Shown: piece by piece, positions 63,413-64,000 of the stretch
How the letters are laid out: each line of letters starts with the position of its first letter
Position numbering within the stretch: position 1 is the first letter of the stretch
Source: a virus
Lineage: Duplodnaviria > Heunggongvirae > Uroviricota > Caudoviricetes
Reading direction: 5' to 3' (one strand)
Length of the DNA stretch: 64,000 nt
Virus record (IMG/VR): IMGVR_UViG_3300040781_000350
Made by a program: the position numbers and the translations under genes
Notes under the pieces: model-generated
Database searches by the model: none
The model's input: the letters and a program-made list of their open reading frames with translations, nothing else
Told to the model about the DNA's origin: nothing

Positions 63413-64000
63413 ATGGAACAACTAAGAAATTCTTCTACACCTTTTAAGGTAGTACTATCATTAGTATTAGCAGTTATAACAGCGAGCGGAGGCTGGTTAG
63501 CTGCTTACTATAATTATCAAGCGCAACTTTCACACCAACGAGCTGAAATTGAAGTTGCAGCGCTCGAAATGGGTAAGGTACAAAAAAATCTATCTTTTGG
63601 TGAATATTTAGCTGATTGGGACGAGACAGAATTGATGATAGCTGACTTGATTGATAGCACAAATATAAGCCGGTTTCTTTTAATGAAAGCATGGAATGGT
63701 TCAGTTGATCCAAAGTGGTCAACTGCTACATTTCAGATAAGAGAAAGCAATCAAAAAGTATTTAATTATGTTCATGTCGATTTAGATGCTGATTATGTTA
63801 ATAGATTGCGTGAAATTATGATCAATGAGTACGCTGTTTTATACACTGATAACTTACCGAATTCACTAATAAAATCAATTTATATGAATGAAAATGTCGG
63901 TAGTGCACTATGGGCAATGATCGGTCAAAGAGAAGAACCTGGTGGTCATGTTGTACACACATATGTATCATTTGCAACACAAAATGGTGATATACTAGAT
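63413..64000 (+). CDS. membrane-anchored protein, runs off the window end (holin T-like candidate)
   Basis: open frame from ATG 63413 to the end; single N-terminal TM then a soluble domain. Confidence 0.65.
   Translation, partial: MEQLRNSSTPFKVVLSLVLAVITASGGWLAAYYNYQAQLSHQRAEIEVAALEMGKVQKNLSFGEYLADWDETELMIADLIDSTNISRFLLMKAWNGSVDPKWSTATFQIRESNQKVFNYVHVDLDADYVNRLREIMINEYAVLYTDNLPNSLIKSIYMNENVGSALWAMIGQREEPGGHVVHTYVSFATQNGDILD

Noticed and set aside
1-64000. Genome-wide TAG reassignment (code 15) suggested by the CUA tRNA
   Set aside because: Large conserved genes are intact under code 11, and at least nine genes end naturally at TAG.

Overview
64 kb segment of a large, AT-rich T4-like (myovirus-type) bacteriophage genome read with the standard genetic code. 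Left arm (1-31.3 kb): two glycosyltransferase clusters, 7-deazaguanine pathway genes (folE2, queE, queD), phoH, exonuclease, clamp-loader subunit, GroES-like protein, DinG-like helicase, GH24 lysozyme, an intein-containing class II ribonucleotide reductase followed by a PduO-type cobalamin adenosyltransferase, NADAR and HNH genes. Centre (31.3-50.1 kb): a ~19 kb RNA island with about 45-50 tRNA or tRNA-like genes, tmRNA, five free-standing homing endonucleases, Pth2, many unexplained structured RNAs and a ~850 nt GOLLD-like RNA candidate. Right arm (50.1-64 kb): gp5-like baseplate hub, TGT-like/kinase/queF trio, major capsid gp23, scaffold gp22, protease gp21, gp4, gp13. Best candidates for undescribed biology: (1) an amber-suppressor tRNA(CUA) with its own promoter just upstream of a pth2 gene that begins ATG-ACA-TAG, followed by a second ATG-ACA-TAG mini-ORF ending Pro-Pro-stop; (2) an ncRNA that carries the 23S rRNA L11-binding (GTPase-associated) domain split by a 221-nt insert; (3) tRNA genes interrupted by hairpin inserts in the anticodon; (4) a two-copy pseudoknotted RNA motif; (5) a GGAAC-N5-TATAAT promoter class. 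All annotation is by eye without database searches. Three loci show single-base homopolymer frameshifts, so indel-level claims need read support.
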